NCBI GenBank assembly: GCA_963796455.1 | Contig: CAWCLO010000002.1 | Location: 64,001-128,000 of the forward strand | Reading direction: 5' to 3' | DNA: 64,000 nt | DNA from: Candidatus Sulfomarinibacteraceae bacterium | Lineage (GTDB): Bacteria > Acidobacteriota > Thermoanaerobaculia > Thermoanaerobaculales > Sulfomarinibacteraceae | Shown here: positions 46,675 through 56,061 of the stretch, piece after piece | Position numbering within the stretch: the first letter of the stretch is position 1 | Layout of the letters: each line of letters starts with the position of its first letter | The notes under the pieces: generated by a model | The model's database searches: none | What the model was told of the DNA's origin: nothing | Seen by the model: only the letters and a program-made list of their open reading frames with translations | Position numbers and translations under genes: made by a program

Positions 46675-46770
46675 AAAGGGAGCAGGGGGGAGAGCGAGAA
46701 AGGGAGAAAGGGAGATTACCGCTCCTTCCGCGTGAATCCGATCCCGATCCCGATCCCGATCCCGTCCCCG
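46675..46770 (+). repeat. Short tandem repeats (GGGAGAAA)n and (GATCCC)x4
   Basis: Same units as at 18.6, 21.8 and 39.7 kb, directly after the larE stop. Confidence 0.75.
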
Positions 46771-47060
46771 TACCGGAAGCAGACTGAAGGGCGGAGGAGA
46801 AAGGGAGCAGCGCCTCCATCTCTTCCTTCGAGATCACACGCCATCAAAACCGGTGAAAAAGCGGTCCCGCAGTACGGTCCGCCGTTGTCGTCCGGTCGGA
46901 ATCCTTGAAAGCCGCAGGCTGGGTCGCCAACGCCCATCTCAAAATCCGTCATTGTGATGCGAGGAACATCGGATATTGGTATCGTGTCGACGTGCCTGAA
47001 GGGCGTCGGCGGTGAGGTCGCACGCCCCGCAGTTACAAAAAGGTCTGGGGGGCGCAGTTC

Positions 47061-49763
47061 ATGAGCAGTTCAACCCGGTTTCAATCTGTAGTCGTGTTGT
47101 TTCTTCTGGCGGTGTCGCTCTGCCTCCTGCCGGAGATCGAGAGGTTGGACGCCTGTACGACGGCGGTGGTGGCGCCGGGCGGGTCGGCAACAGGAACACC
47201 GATCCTGTGGAAGAACCGGGATACGCCGACCTTGTCGAACAAGGTCGTCTACGTCGACGAGTCGCCCTTTGCTTATCTCTGTCTGGCGAATGCGCGCGCC
47301 GACTCCGGGCGCTCGTGTTTCGCCGGCCTCAACGACTCGGGTTTCGCGATCATCAACACGGTCGCCTACAACGTCCCCGAGATCGCCGGCGAGCGCAACG
47401 ACCGCGAGGGCATCATCCAGGCCGATGCCCTCCGCACCTGTCGAACGGTAGACGATTTCGAGCGTCTGCTCGAGGAGAACCTGGGGCCGGAGCTCGGCGC
47501 TCAGACAAACATCGGGGTCTTTGACGCCGATGGCGGCGCTGCTCTATTCGAGATCCACAACCATGGTTTTGTCCGCCATGACGCGGCGGATGAAGGTGCC
47601 GACTATCTCGTCAACACAAACTATGCCCGCAGCGGCGCAGTGGACGAAGGAGAAGGCTATCTTCGATTCAAACGCGCCTCTGAGCTCTTCAGATCGTTCC
47701 CCGAGGGAGGGGTGGACCCGGAAACCATTTTGCACCGGTTCAGCCGCGACCTCGGACACCCCCTGGTTGACAAACCAAATCTGAACGACGCTTCCGAGCT
47801 GCCGGCGAACACCCCGGTCTGGGTCAACAGCCGGGACTGTATCGACCGGCCGTCGACCGCCTCGACCGTGGTCCTCGTCGGTGGCAACGACAAACGGCCC
47901 GCGACCCTGTGGATCATTCCCGGTGAGCCCCTGACGGCGGCGGCCATTCCTCTCTGGGTCGAGGCGGGGCGGAGCCCGGCGGCCCTTCACGAAGGAAAAA
48001 GAGCGCCACTCTGGAACGAATCGCTGCGGATCAAAGACGGTATCCGGCCGGCAAAACGAGGGCATGGCCGCGACTACCTGGATCTCACCCGCCTCGACAA
48101 CAGCGACGGTACGGGATATCTCCCGGGTCTGTTGCAGATCGAGACCTCGATCTTCGACGAGACCGAGGCCTTTCTCGCAGGCCGTCCGGGTCCGGAGGAA
48201 CTCGCTGATTTCTCCGAAAGGGTGGCGAATCGGGTCCTCGGCCACTTGCAATCGATCGTCGTCCCTGGCGCCGGGTTGCCGCCGACCCCTCTCGAACGAA
48301 ACGGAGGGAATCAGCTCACGTCCTATGACGAGCTCACGACCTTTTTGCAACAACTGGCCGCCGCGAGCCCGATCGCCGATCTGCGAAGCATCGGGACATC
48401 ACTTGAAGGCAGGGATCTTCACGCCCTCTTCTTCTCCCGGTCCCTCCCGTTGACGGGCCCTCGCGACGGAATCTTGACCGTGATGATCTCGGCCCAGCAG
48501 CACGGCAACGAGCCCTCGGGCAAGGAGGCCGCGCTCGAACTGGCCCGCGAACTTGCGATGGATGACGAAGGCCTGCTCGATCACTTTGATCTCATCCTCG
48601 TGCCGCAGGTCAACCCCGACGGCTCGGAGGCCGGGACGCGGCGGAATGCGGCGGGCGCCGATCTCAACCGCAACCACACGATCCTCTCCGAGCCGGAGGT
48701 CAGGGCCCTGCACGATCTCTTTCTCGATTGGGTGCCCGAGGTCACCCTCGACATCCACGAAACCAACGTGGCCAAAACCAGTTGGATGAGCGTCGGGTAT
48801 CTCAAGGACCCGACCGAACAGTTCGGTGGGCTCTCCAACCTCAATGTGTCGACGAAAATACGAGCCTTGTCGTCGGATCTCATTGTGCCGGAGGTGGGAC
48901 GGCGCATCGAAGACGCCGGTGTCAGCTTCCACGAATACGTGGTGGGCGGCCCACCCGAAGAGAGCCGGATTCGTTTCAGCACCACCGATATCAACGACAG
49001 CCGACAGAGCATGGGTATCTACAACACACTGTCCTTTCTCTTCGAGGGCAAACGCTGGGACGATCACACGGCCCACCTCGGCGAGCGAACCGAGGGCCAG
49101 GCGGTTGCCATGCGATCGTTTCTGAAGACCATCGTGGAACACGCTGATGAGATCCGCGAGACCGTTGGTCAGGCCCGAGCGGAGTTGATCGAGGAGGGGG
49201 TCGAGCTGCCGCCGGTTTACCTCCGACAGGACTATGTGGCGGATCCCGATCGGCCGACGGTGCGCTACCCGATCTTCGATCTTCGCACCTGGACCAGCCG
49301 TGAGGCTGATTTGAGTAACTTCGAACCGAAGGTCGTTCCACTGTTGACCGTCGAGCGTCCGTGGGCCTATGCGATCCCGTCGGATCAGGAAGACCTCATC
49401 GCGCTCCTCGAACGGCACCGCATCGACGTCATTCGCCTGACGACCGCGACGCCGGCTTCGGTCGAGCGTTATCTCATCGAAGAGATCACCGAGGTCGAGG
49501 TCGAGGACAAAGAAGCCGACGAAATCACCCTTCGGGTCGAAAACGAGGAGATCGAGTTGCCTGCAGGGACCGTCGTCGTCCCGGTACGCCAACCGGCGGC
49601 AAACCTCATCCCCCTGCTCCTGGAGCCACAGTCCTTGTGGGCGCCCTATGGCGAGAGGGGCGGCCGGGATCTGGCCCTGGATTCGCTCATCGAGCCCGGA
49701 TCAGCTTTCCCAGTGCTGAGAATCATCGCACCGCTGGAAGCAGTTTTTTGGGTTGCGCCTTGA
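47061..49763 (+). CDS. Secreted fusion: Ntn-hydrolase (C45/C59/C69-like) plus M14 zinc carboxypeptidase
   Basis: Signal ending at A|CTTAVV, WKNRD, AGLNDSGFAI; then QHGNE, NPDG, R.NA..DLNRN, DIHE. Confidence 0.8.
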   Translation: MSSSTRFQSVVVLFLLAVSLCLLPEIERLDACTTAVVAPGGSATGTPILWKNRDTPTLSNKVVYVDESPFAYLCLANARADSGRSCFAGLNDSGFAIINTVAYNVPEIAGERNDREGIIQADALRTCRTVDDFERLLEENLGPELGAQTNIGVFDADGGAALFEIHNHGFVRHDAADEGADYLVNTNYARSGAVDEGEGYLRFKRASELFRSFPEGGVDPETILHRFSRDLGHPLVDKPNLNDASELPANTPVWVNSRDCIDRPSTASTVVLVGGNDKRPATLWIIPGEPLTAAAIPLWVEAGRSPAALHEGKRAPLWNESLRIKDGIRPAKRGHGRDYLDLTRLDNSDGTGYLPGLLQIETSIFDETEAFLAGRPGPEELADFSERVANRVLGHLQSIVVPGAGLPPTPLERNGGNQLTSYDELTTFLQQLAAASPIADLRSIGTSLEGRDLHALFFSRSLPLTGPRDGILTVMISAQQHGNEPSGKEAALELARELAMDDEGLLDHFDLILVPQVNPDGSEAGTRRNAAGADLNRNHTILSEPEVRALHDLFLDWVPEVTLDIHETNVAKTSWMSVGYLKDPTEQFGGLSNLNVSTKIRALSSDLIVPEVGRRIEDAGVSFHEYVVGGPPEESRIRFSTTDINDSRQSMGIYNTLSFLFEGKRWDDHTAHLGERTEGQAVAMRSFLKTIVEHADEIRETVGQARAELIEEGVELPPVYLRQDYVADPDRPTVRYPIFDLRTWTSREADLSNFEPKVVPLLTVERPWAYAIPSDQEDLIALLERHRIDVIRLTTATPASVERYLIEEITEVEVEDKEADEITLRVENEEIELPAGTVVVPVRQPAANLIPLLLEPQSLWAPYGERGGRDLALDSLIEPGSAFPVLRIIAPLEAVFWVAP

Positions 49764-51205
49764 AGAATGAAGGATCAGCCCCGGTCGAGGAGTCCGCAGC
49801 GACCGGCCGGCGTCTGCCCTCCCTCGCCCAGTCGGTGACACCGCTGATCGCGATGGGGATCTTCCTCGGCGTTGGTTACGGTGTGCTGCGGCTGCCGGCA
49901 GAAGTGCTGCTGATCGCTGCCGCGGCTGTGGCAGGGTTGATCGCCCACCACCTCGGTTACACCTACAAGGAAATCGAAAACGGAATCCTCGAAAGCATGA
50001 TGAAGGGCATGCCGGCCATGTTGATCGTCATTGTCGTGGGCGCACTGATCGGATCGTGGATCGCCTGCGGGACCATCCCGATGCTCATCTTCTACGGCCT
50101 CAAGCTTATCTCGCCGACCTTTTTCCTGGTCACGGCCTGCATCGTGTGCTCGGTCGTATCGGTGGTGACAGGGACTTCCTATGGAACGGTCGGGACTCTC
50201 GGAGTGGCCTTGATCGGGATCTCGCAGGGCCTCGAGATCCCACTCGGTCAGGCTGCGGGCGCCATCGTCGCGGGTGCCTACTTCGGCGACAAGCTGTCGC
50301 CGTTCTCCGATACCACCAATCTGGCCCCGGTTGCGGCACGGTCGAACCTCTACGACCACATCCGGCACACCCTGTGGACCACGACTCCGGCCTGGCTCAT
50401 CGGGCTGGCCGTTTATCTCGTGCTCGGTCTGATGTCGGCGAGAACGGGTGCGGTCTCCCTCGAGAACACGACCGCGATCACCAGCGCCATCAGCGCCAAC
50501 TTCCGCTTCAGCGTCCTCCTGCTGCTGCCACCGGCCATCACCCTCTTTGCCGCCGCCAGACGTTACCCGGTGATTCCGGGAATGTTGGTTTCATCGGCGG
50601 TGGCCGTGGTGCTCGCCCTCGGTCTTCAGGGCCTCGATATCAAAACCGCGGTCGCCTCGATGGCGACCGGCTACACATCCACCACCGGCAGTCAGGTCGT
50701 CGACACGCTTCTGACCCGCGGCGGGATGGCCAACATGATGCACGTCACCCTGATTGCCTTCTGCGCTTTTGCCTTCGGCGGGATCATGCAAAAGGCCGGG
50801 ATGCTCGAAGTTCTCCTGCAGCGTCTGGTCCGGGTGGCCGACACCACCGGCAAGATCGTGGCCTCGACGGTCGCCGCTTCGATCACCACCGCGGTGGTCA
50901 CTGGAAGTTCTTTTTTGAGCATCCTGATACCGGGTGAGCTCTTCGCCCCGGTCTACCGGCGGCGGGGTCTGGCGGCAAAAAACCTCTCACGAACGACCGA
51001 GGACAGCGGCACCGTGGTCGTGCCCCTCGTGCCGTGGAGCATCGCGGGGGTCTTTATGGCCGGAACCCTCGGGGTCGAGACGATGAGCTACGCGCCGTGG
51101 GCCGTCATGTGTTATCTCAGCTCTCTTGTCGCCCTGACGTACGGTTTTACCGGTTTTGCCATCGCACCGAAGATCGCCGAGGACGAGACGGTGCCGGGGA
51201 GTTGA
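49760..51205 (+). CDS. nhaC: NhaC-family antiporter/amino-acid transporter
   Basis: GTIPMLI.YG, TGTSYGT.GT.G, GAYFGDKLSPFSDTTNLA, LSRTTEDSGT..PL.PW; TTG overlapping the upstream TGA. Confidence 0.88.
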   Translation: MKNEGSAPVEESAATGRRLPSLAQSVTPLIAMGIFLGVGYGVLRLPAEVLLIAAAAVAGLIAHHLGYTYKEIENGILESMMKGMPAMLIVIVVGALIGSWIACGTIPMLIFYGLKLISPTFFLVTACIVCSVVSVVTGTSYGTVGTLGVALIGISQGLEIPLGQAAGAIVAGAYFGDKLSPFSDTTNLAPVAARSNLYDHIRHTLWTTTPAWLIGLAVYLVLGLMSARTGAVSLENTTAITSAISANFRFSVLLLLPPAITLFAAARRYPVIPGMLVSSAVAVVLALGLQGLDIKTAVASMATGYTSTTGSQVVDTLLTRGGMANMMHVTLIAFCAFAFGGIMQKAGMLEVLLQRLVRVADTTGKIVASTVAASITTAVVTGSSFLSILIPGELFAPVYRRRGLAAKNLSRTTEDSGTVVVPLVPWSIAGVFMAGTLGVETMSYAPWAVMCYLSSLVALTYGFTGFAIAPKIAEDETVPGS

Positions 51206-51206
51206 T

Positions 51207-52364
51207 TCAGAAGGTACCGCGGAGCACGGTGGTTCCGTCGGACACCGCCATCCTTCCCCGCGCCATCAGATGAACGAATTCCAGATCGTCGTTGAAAAAG
51301 ATCAGATCGGCATCGGCGCCGGCCGCGACCCGTCCCTTGTGGTCGAGGCCGTAAAACCGCGCCGGGTTGGTGGAGAACAGGGCGAGCGCCCGCCGGAGAT
51401 CGAGGACGCCGTTGCCGACGATGAGCCGCAACTGTTCGAGCAGGGTTTTCTGGTTGGCCACATCGAGGCGTTCGAGATTTCCATCCCGGTCGAAAACCGG
51501 CAGGCTTCCGTTACTGTCGGAGCTGACACTGATGTTTTCGAGCGGAGCGCCGGCCTCTACTGCGAGCCGAACGGCCGCCTCGACGGTCATCGACGGGGCA
51601 TGGCTTCCGATCCCCGAAGTGAGATCGATGCGCCCTCCCTCGCGGGCATATTCAAGGGCCTGGTCGAGCAGCAATGGGTTGCGGTTGCAGTGGGTCGGGA
51701 TGATCTGGGTGATCGGGATTTCGGTCTCGTGAATGATGCGAAAGACCAGCTCGAGACCCCGCGAACCGTCTCCCAGGTGGAGGTGGAGGATCCCCGGTTT
51801 GCCGCCGAGCATGCCTCCGACCCGGCACTCGGCGGCAAGATGCGCCAATTGGTCGAACGTCGGTTGTGAAGAACGATGATCGGAGATGGCGATCTCGCCG
51901 GCGCCGAGCACCGACGGCAGGAGTGCGAGATCGGAGCGAACGTTTCCCGTCAGGGTCTGTACCGGGAGTTCGTAGGAACCAACGTAGACATAGGCCGAAA
52001 TGCCCTCCTGCACGAGGCCACGGGCCTTGGCCATCAGGGAACTCTGATGGCGCGTGACCCCGTCGGTGCCGAGGCAGCCGATGACTGTGGTCACTCCGCT
52101 CGTGACGATGTCTTCGATCCGGATTTCCGGGGCGCGCGTGGCCGGCCCGCCCTCGCCGCCGCCTCCGGTGAGGTGGAGGTGCGAGTCGACCAATCCGGGT
52201 GCGACCCTGAGACCCGAGGCGTCCATCTCCTCCACCTCGAGACCTGTGACCGTGATCTTCCCCGGCAAGGCCAGCGCGGCGATTTTCTCGCCGGCAATCA
52301 GAATATCGCGCACACCATCGGTCTCGTGATCGAGAATCGCCGCGTTTCGAATCAGCGTGAGCAT
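51207..52364 (-). CDS. iadA: Isoaspartyl dipeptidase (beta-aspartyl peptidase)
   Basis: DSHLHLTGGGGEGGP.TR.PE, LGTDGVTR, GEIAISDHRSSQPT, PTHCNRN, SSDSNGSLP; ATG 52364 after GGAGG. Confidence 0.93.
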   Translation of the reverse strand: MLTLIRNAAILDHETDGVRDILIAGEKIAALALPGKITVTGLEVEEMDASGLRVAPGLVDSHLHLTGGGGEGGPATRAPEIRIEDIVTSGVTTVIGCLGTDGVTRHQSSLMAKARGLVQEGISAYVYVGSYELPVQTLTGNVRSDLALLPSVLGAGEIAISDHRSSQPTFDQLAHLAAECRVGGMLGGKPGILHLHLGDGSRGLELVFRIIHETEIPITQIIPTHCNRNPLLLDQALEYAREGGRIDLTSGIGSHAPSMTVEAAVRLAVEAGAPLENISVSSDSNGSLPVFDRDGNLERLDVANQKTLLEQLRLIVGNGVLDLRRALALFSTNPARFYGLDHKGRVAAGADADLIFFNDDLEFVHLMARGRMAVSDGTTVLRGTF

Positions 52365-52383
52365 GGCTTCGGCCTCCTGATTC

Positions 52384-53774
52384 TCAGCAAGAGATCGGTT
52401 CGAAGTGGCAGGTGAAATGACGCAGGAGTCGCTCTGCGCTCGTGATGCGGTGGCCGCCGGAATCGCCACCCGGTCGCGCCACACCTCCTCGATGACCTCG
52501 ATCAGATAGTCGAAGTGGCTCTGGGTATAGACCCGGCGGGGAAATGCCAGGCGAACCAGCTCGAGCGGTGACGGTTGTTCGTTGCCGTCTTCGTCGAAAT
52601 GGCCGAACATCACGCTGCCGAGCTCGACGGCGCGGACGCCGCCCGCCAGATAGAGGGCGTTGACCACCCCGATGCCCGGGTAGTCGAGTTGCGGGATGTG
52701 CGGGCAGCATCGCGCGGGCGTCGAGAAAGACCGCGTGGCCGCCGGCAGGGCGCACCATCGGCACGCCGAGCGTGGTCAGCTTCTTCGACCATGTACTCCA
52801 CCGTGGCGTGGCGGTAGACCTGGTAGTCGTAGTCGAGCGCCTCCTGGAGACCGACCGCGATCGCTTCGAGGTCGCGGCCCGCGAGCCCGCCATAGGTGGG
52901 GAAACCCTCGCGCAGGATCAGCAGGTTGCGGAAGCGCTCGGCCCACTCGTCGTTGCGGCAGACCAGAAAGCCGCCGATGTTGGCGAGACCGTCCTTTTTG
53001 CAGCTCATGGTGGCGCCGTCGGCGAGCGAGAACATCTCCTGTGCGATCTCCATCAGCGGCCGGTCGCGGTAGCCGTCCTCCCGTTCGCGCACGAAGTAGG
53101 CATTCTCGGCAAAGCGGCAGGCGTCGATGATGAGCGGAATCCCGTGCTCGGCCAGGACCGCCTTGACGGCGCGTGAGGTTGGCCATCGAGACCGGCTGGC
53201 CGCCGCCGGTGTTGTTGGTGACCGTGACCATGGCGAAAGGGATCTTTTCGCGTGCCGTGCTCGGCGATGCAGGCGCGCAGAGCGTCCACATCCATGTTGC
53301 CCTTGAAGGGCGCCGCGGCCTGGGTGTCGAAGGCCTCGGCGCAGGGCAGGTTGAGAGCGGTCGGCTCCGCGGTACTCGATGTTGGCGCGGGTCGTGTCGA
53401 AGTGGCTGTTGTTGGGGATGACATCGCCGGGCTTCGACGATGCACTCGGCGAGGATGCCCTCGGCTGCACGGCCCTGGTGGGTCGGCAGGATGTGTGGCA
53501 TGCCGGTGATCTCGCGCGACCGCTGGCTTCGAAGCTTCTTCCACGACCGGCTGCCGGCGTAGCTCTCGTCGCCGAGCATCATGGCCGCCCACTGCTCGGT
53601 GGACATCGCGCCGGTGCCGCTGTCGGTCAGGAGGTCGATGCAGCAGTCCTCGGCGTCGAGCAGGAAGACGTTGTGATGGGCCTGGCTTCAGTGCCGCCAC
53701 CCGTTCCTCGGCCGAGTGGTGATCTTGAGGGGTTCGGTCATCTTGATGCGGAACGGTTCGATGATGGTGCGCAT
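52384..53774 (-). pseudogene. tnaA: Tryptophanase/tyrosine phenol-lyase gene with at least 9 frame changes (probably sequence error)
   Basis: MRTIIEPFRIK, IDLLTDSGT, GDESYAGS, PTHQGR, HFDTT, TMSCKKDG (PLP Lys), EGFPTYGGLAGRD, LVRLAFPRRVYT and LRHFT spread over all three minus frames. Confidence 0.85.
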
Positions 53775-53877
53775 GGTCTCCTCCGGCGTGCAGGGTAACG
53801 GTTTTTTCAAACCGGGGGAAGCCGCGGACGTAATATGTAGAGTGCCCGCTCGATACTGTCGCGCGAAAGGACCATTG

Positions 53878-55263
53878 ATGTTTCCAACCACGACCTACCT
53901 CAGTCGTCGCGAGATCCTGAAGACCCGTTTCGAAGGCGGGCTGCTGCTCTTCCTCGGCAACAATGAAAGCCCCATGAACTATCCCGACAACTGCTACCCC
54001 TTTCGCCAGGACAGTTCGTTTCTGTATTACTTCGGTCTCAACCAACCCGAGTTGGCCGCGGTGATCGATATCGACCAGGACCGTACGGTGCTTTTTGGTG
54101 ACGAACTCACGATCGATCACATCGTGTGGATGGGGGACCTGCCCACGGTCTCCGAGCGCGCCGCTGACGTGGGAATTACGGACACCCGACCCCGGGCGGC
54201 CCTGGTCGAGGTGGTCAAGACGGCGATAGCCACCGGTCGTCCGGTTCACTATCTCCCTCCCTATCGGGCGGACAACTCGATTCTCCTTTCCGGGCTTCTC
54301 GGTTTACCCCTCACCGGGCTCGCCGATGGTGCTTCCCTCGATCTCGTCAGAGCCGTGATCGACCAACGATCGTCCAAGAGCGAAGAGGAAGTCGCCGAAC
54401 TGGACCGGGCCGCGAACATCTCGGTGGACATGCACGTCACAGCGATGCGGATGGCGCGACCGGGAATGATGGAAACCGAGATCGCAGCCGAGGCCGAGCG
54501 GGTTGCGGCCGCTGCTGGAGGCCGGATTTCTTTTCCTGTGATCGCCACCATCCACGGCGAGACCCTCCACAACCACTTCCACGGCAATGTTCTCTCTGAC
54601 GGCGACCTCTTTCTTCTCGATTGCGGCGCCGAGACCGCCATGGGTTATGCGGGCGATCTATCGTCGACCTTTCCGGTGAGCCCGGAGTTTTCCGAACCGC
54701 AAAGGATCATCTACGAGCTGCAGCTCGCGGCCTACGATGCCGCAGTATCGAAACTTGCACCCGGTGTTCCGAATCGCGAGGTGCACTTTGCCGCGGCCCG
54801 CGTCATCGCCGAGGGCATGAAGGATCTCGGGTTGATGAAAGGGAATATTGACGACGCCCTCGCCAATGGAGCGCACGCCATGTTCTTTCCCTGCGGCGTG
54901 GGTCACATGATGGGTCTCGACGTCCACGATATGGAGGACCTCGGCGAGGTGTGGGTCGGTTATGGCGGTGAGGCCAAGAGCACCCAGTTCGGCCTCAAGT
55001 CCCTTCGGCTCGGGCGCGAACTCGAGGCGGGCTTTGTGGTGACCATCGAACCTGGGATCTACTTCATTCCCCAGTTGATGGATCTCTGGCGTTCCGAGGG
55101 CCGCTGCGCCGAATATCTCGACTTTGATGCCCTGGATGCGTGGCGGGACTTTGGCGGCATCCGCAACGAGGAGGACTATCTGATCACCCCTGACGGCGCC
55201 CGCCGCCTCGGCAAGGCGAAACCGCTCCGAATCAACGAGGTCGAAGCGCTGCGAAAGGCTTGA
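53878..55263 (+). CDS. pepP: Xaa-Pro aminopeptidase (M24B)
   Basis: FRQDSSFLYYFG, LHN, DCG..YAGD, GHMMGLDVHD, TIEPGIYF, GGIRNEED. Confidence 0.9.
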   Translation: MFPTTTYLSRREILKTRFEGGLLLFLGNNESPMNYPDNCYPFRQDSSFLYYFGLNQPELAAVIDIDQDRTVLFGDELTIDHIVWMGDLPTVSERAADVGITDTRPRAALVEVVKTAIATGRPVHYLPPYRADNSILLSGLLGLPLTGLADGASLDLVRAVIDQRSSKSEEEVAELDRAANISVDMHVTAMRMARPGMMETEIAAEAERVAAAAGGRISFPVIATIHGETLHNHFHGNVLSDGDLFLLDCGAETAMGYAGDLSSTFPVSPEFSEPQRIIYELQLAAYDAAVSKLAPGVPNREVHFAAARVIAEGMKDLGLMKGNIDDALANGAHAMFFPCGVGHMMGLDVHDMEDLGEVWVGYGGEAKSTQFGLKSLRLGRELEAGFVVTIEPGIYFIPQLMDLWRSEGRCAEYLDFDALDAWRDFGGIRNEEDYLITPDGARRLGKAKPLRINEVEALRKA

Positions 55264-55361
55264 TCCGGTTTGCCTCCGGGAGGCTTTGTCGATCGAATGA
55301 CTGAGGCATTCGGCCGGGTGGCGTATACTGAGTCGAAATCTCGACACAAATGGAGGCCGCA

Positions 55362-56051
55362 ATGTTCGCGAAGGTCTTTCTGATTGTGCTCGCTTTGGTG
55401 ATGGTGGTCGCGGCGTGTGCCTTCTTCTATATCGGTCCGAGAAACGTGATCGGTGTCCTCACCTATGGCCGGCAGGCGCGCGATGGCGATCTCCAGGTCG
55501 GGGATGCCATTCCGACGGTGAGCGTCGTCGCCCTCGATGGCGAGAGCCAACGAGAACTGAGCGAGTGGATCGGGATGCGACCGCTGGTTCTCGTCTTTGG
55601 CAGCTTCACCTGACCACCCTTCCGGCGCTCGGTCGAGCGCGTGGACCAGATCAGAACCCGTTTTGAAGACCGTGCCGAGTTTCTGACCGTGTACATCAAA
55701 GAGGCCCACCCGGAAGACGAGTGGCAGATGACCGTCAACGAAGATCAGGGAGTTTGCTACACCCAGCCCCAGACCCTCGCCGATCGGGTGCTGATCGCCA
55801 ATGATTTCAGCGAGCGTTTCGAGTATGCGATGACACTTGTGGTGGATCCGATGGAAAATCCGGCCGAGGAGGCTTTTGCCGCCTGGCCGGAACGACTCTA
55901 TGTCGTTGGGTCGGACGGCCTGATCGCCTACAAGGGCCGCAAGGGCCCCTTTGGTTTCGATCCGGATGAACTCGAGCGTTGGCTCGAGGAGAATCTGCCG
56001 CCCGCGGGGGAGATCGAATCGACCCCGGAAGCGGCGGCGGCACCCTTCTAG
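55362..56051 (+). CDS. Iodothyronine deiodinase-like selenoprotein (Sec at UGA 55611-55613)
   Basis: ORFs 55350-55613 and 55641-56051 are in frame; read-through gives RPLVLVFGSFT-U-PPF, YIKEAHPEDEW, AAWPERLYV, YKG..GPFGF; N-terminal TM. Confidence 0.92.
55621..55645 (+). promoter_or_regulatory. Putative bacterial SECIS hairpin
   Basis: GCGCTC-GGTC-GAGCGC (55625-55640), extendable by TCCG/TGGA; the G-led loop starts after a 17-nt spacer from the UGA. Confidence 0.7.
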
Positions 56052-56061
56052 CGGCGAGATC

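Noticed and set aside
46800..47060. Riboswitch or ncRNA upstream of the peptidase fusion
   Set aside because: No aptamer consensus recognisable by eye; an Rfam cmscan would be needed.
51207..52667. TnaA-IadA fusion suggested by the 486-aa ORF
   Set aside because: Caused by a tnaA frameshift; iadA has its own GGAGG and ATG at 52364.
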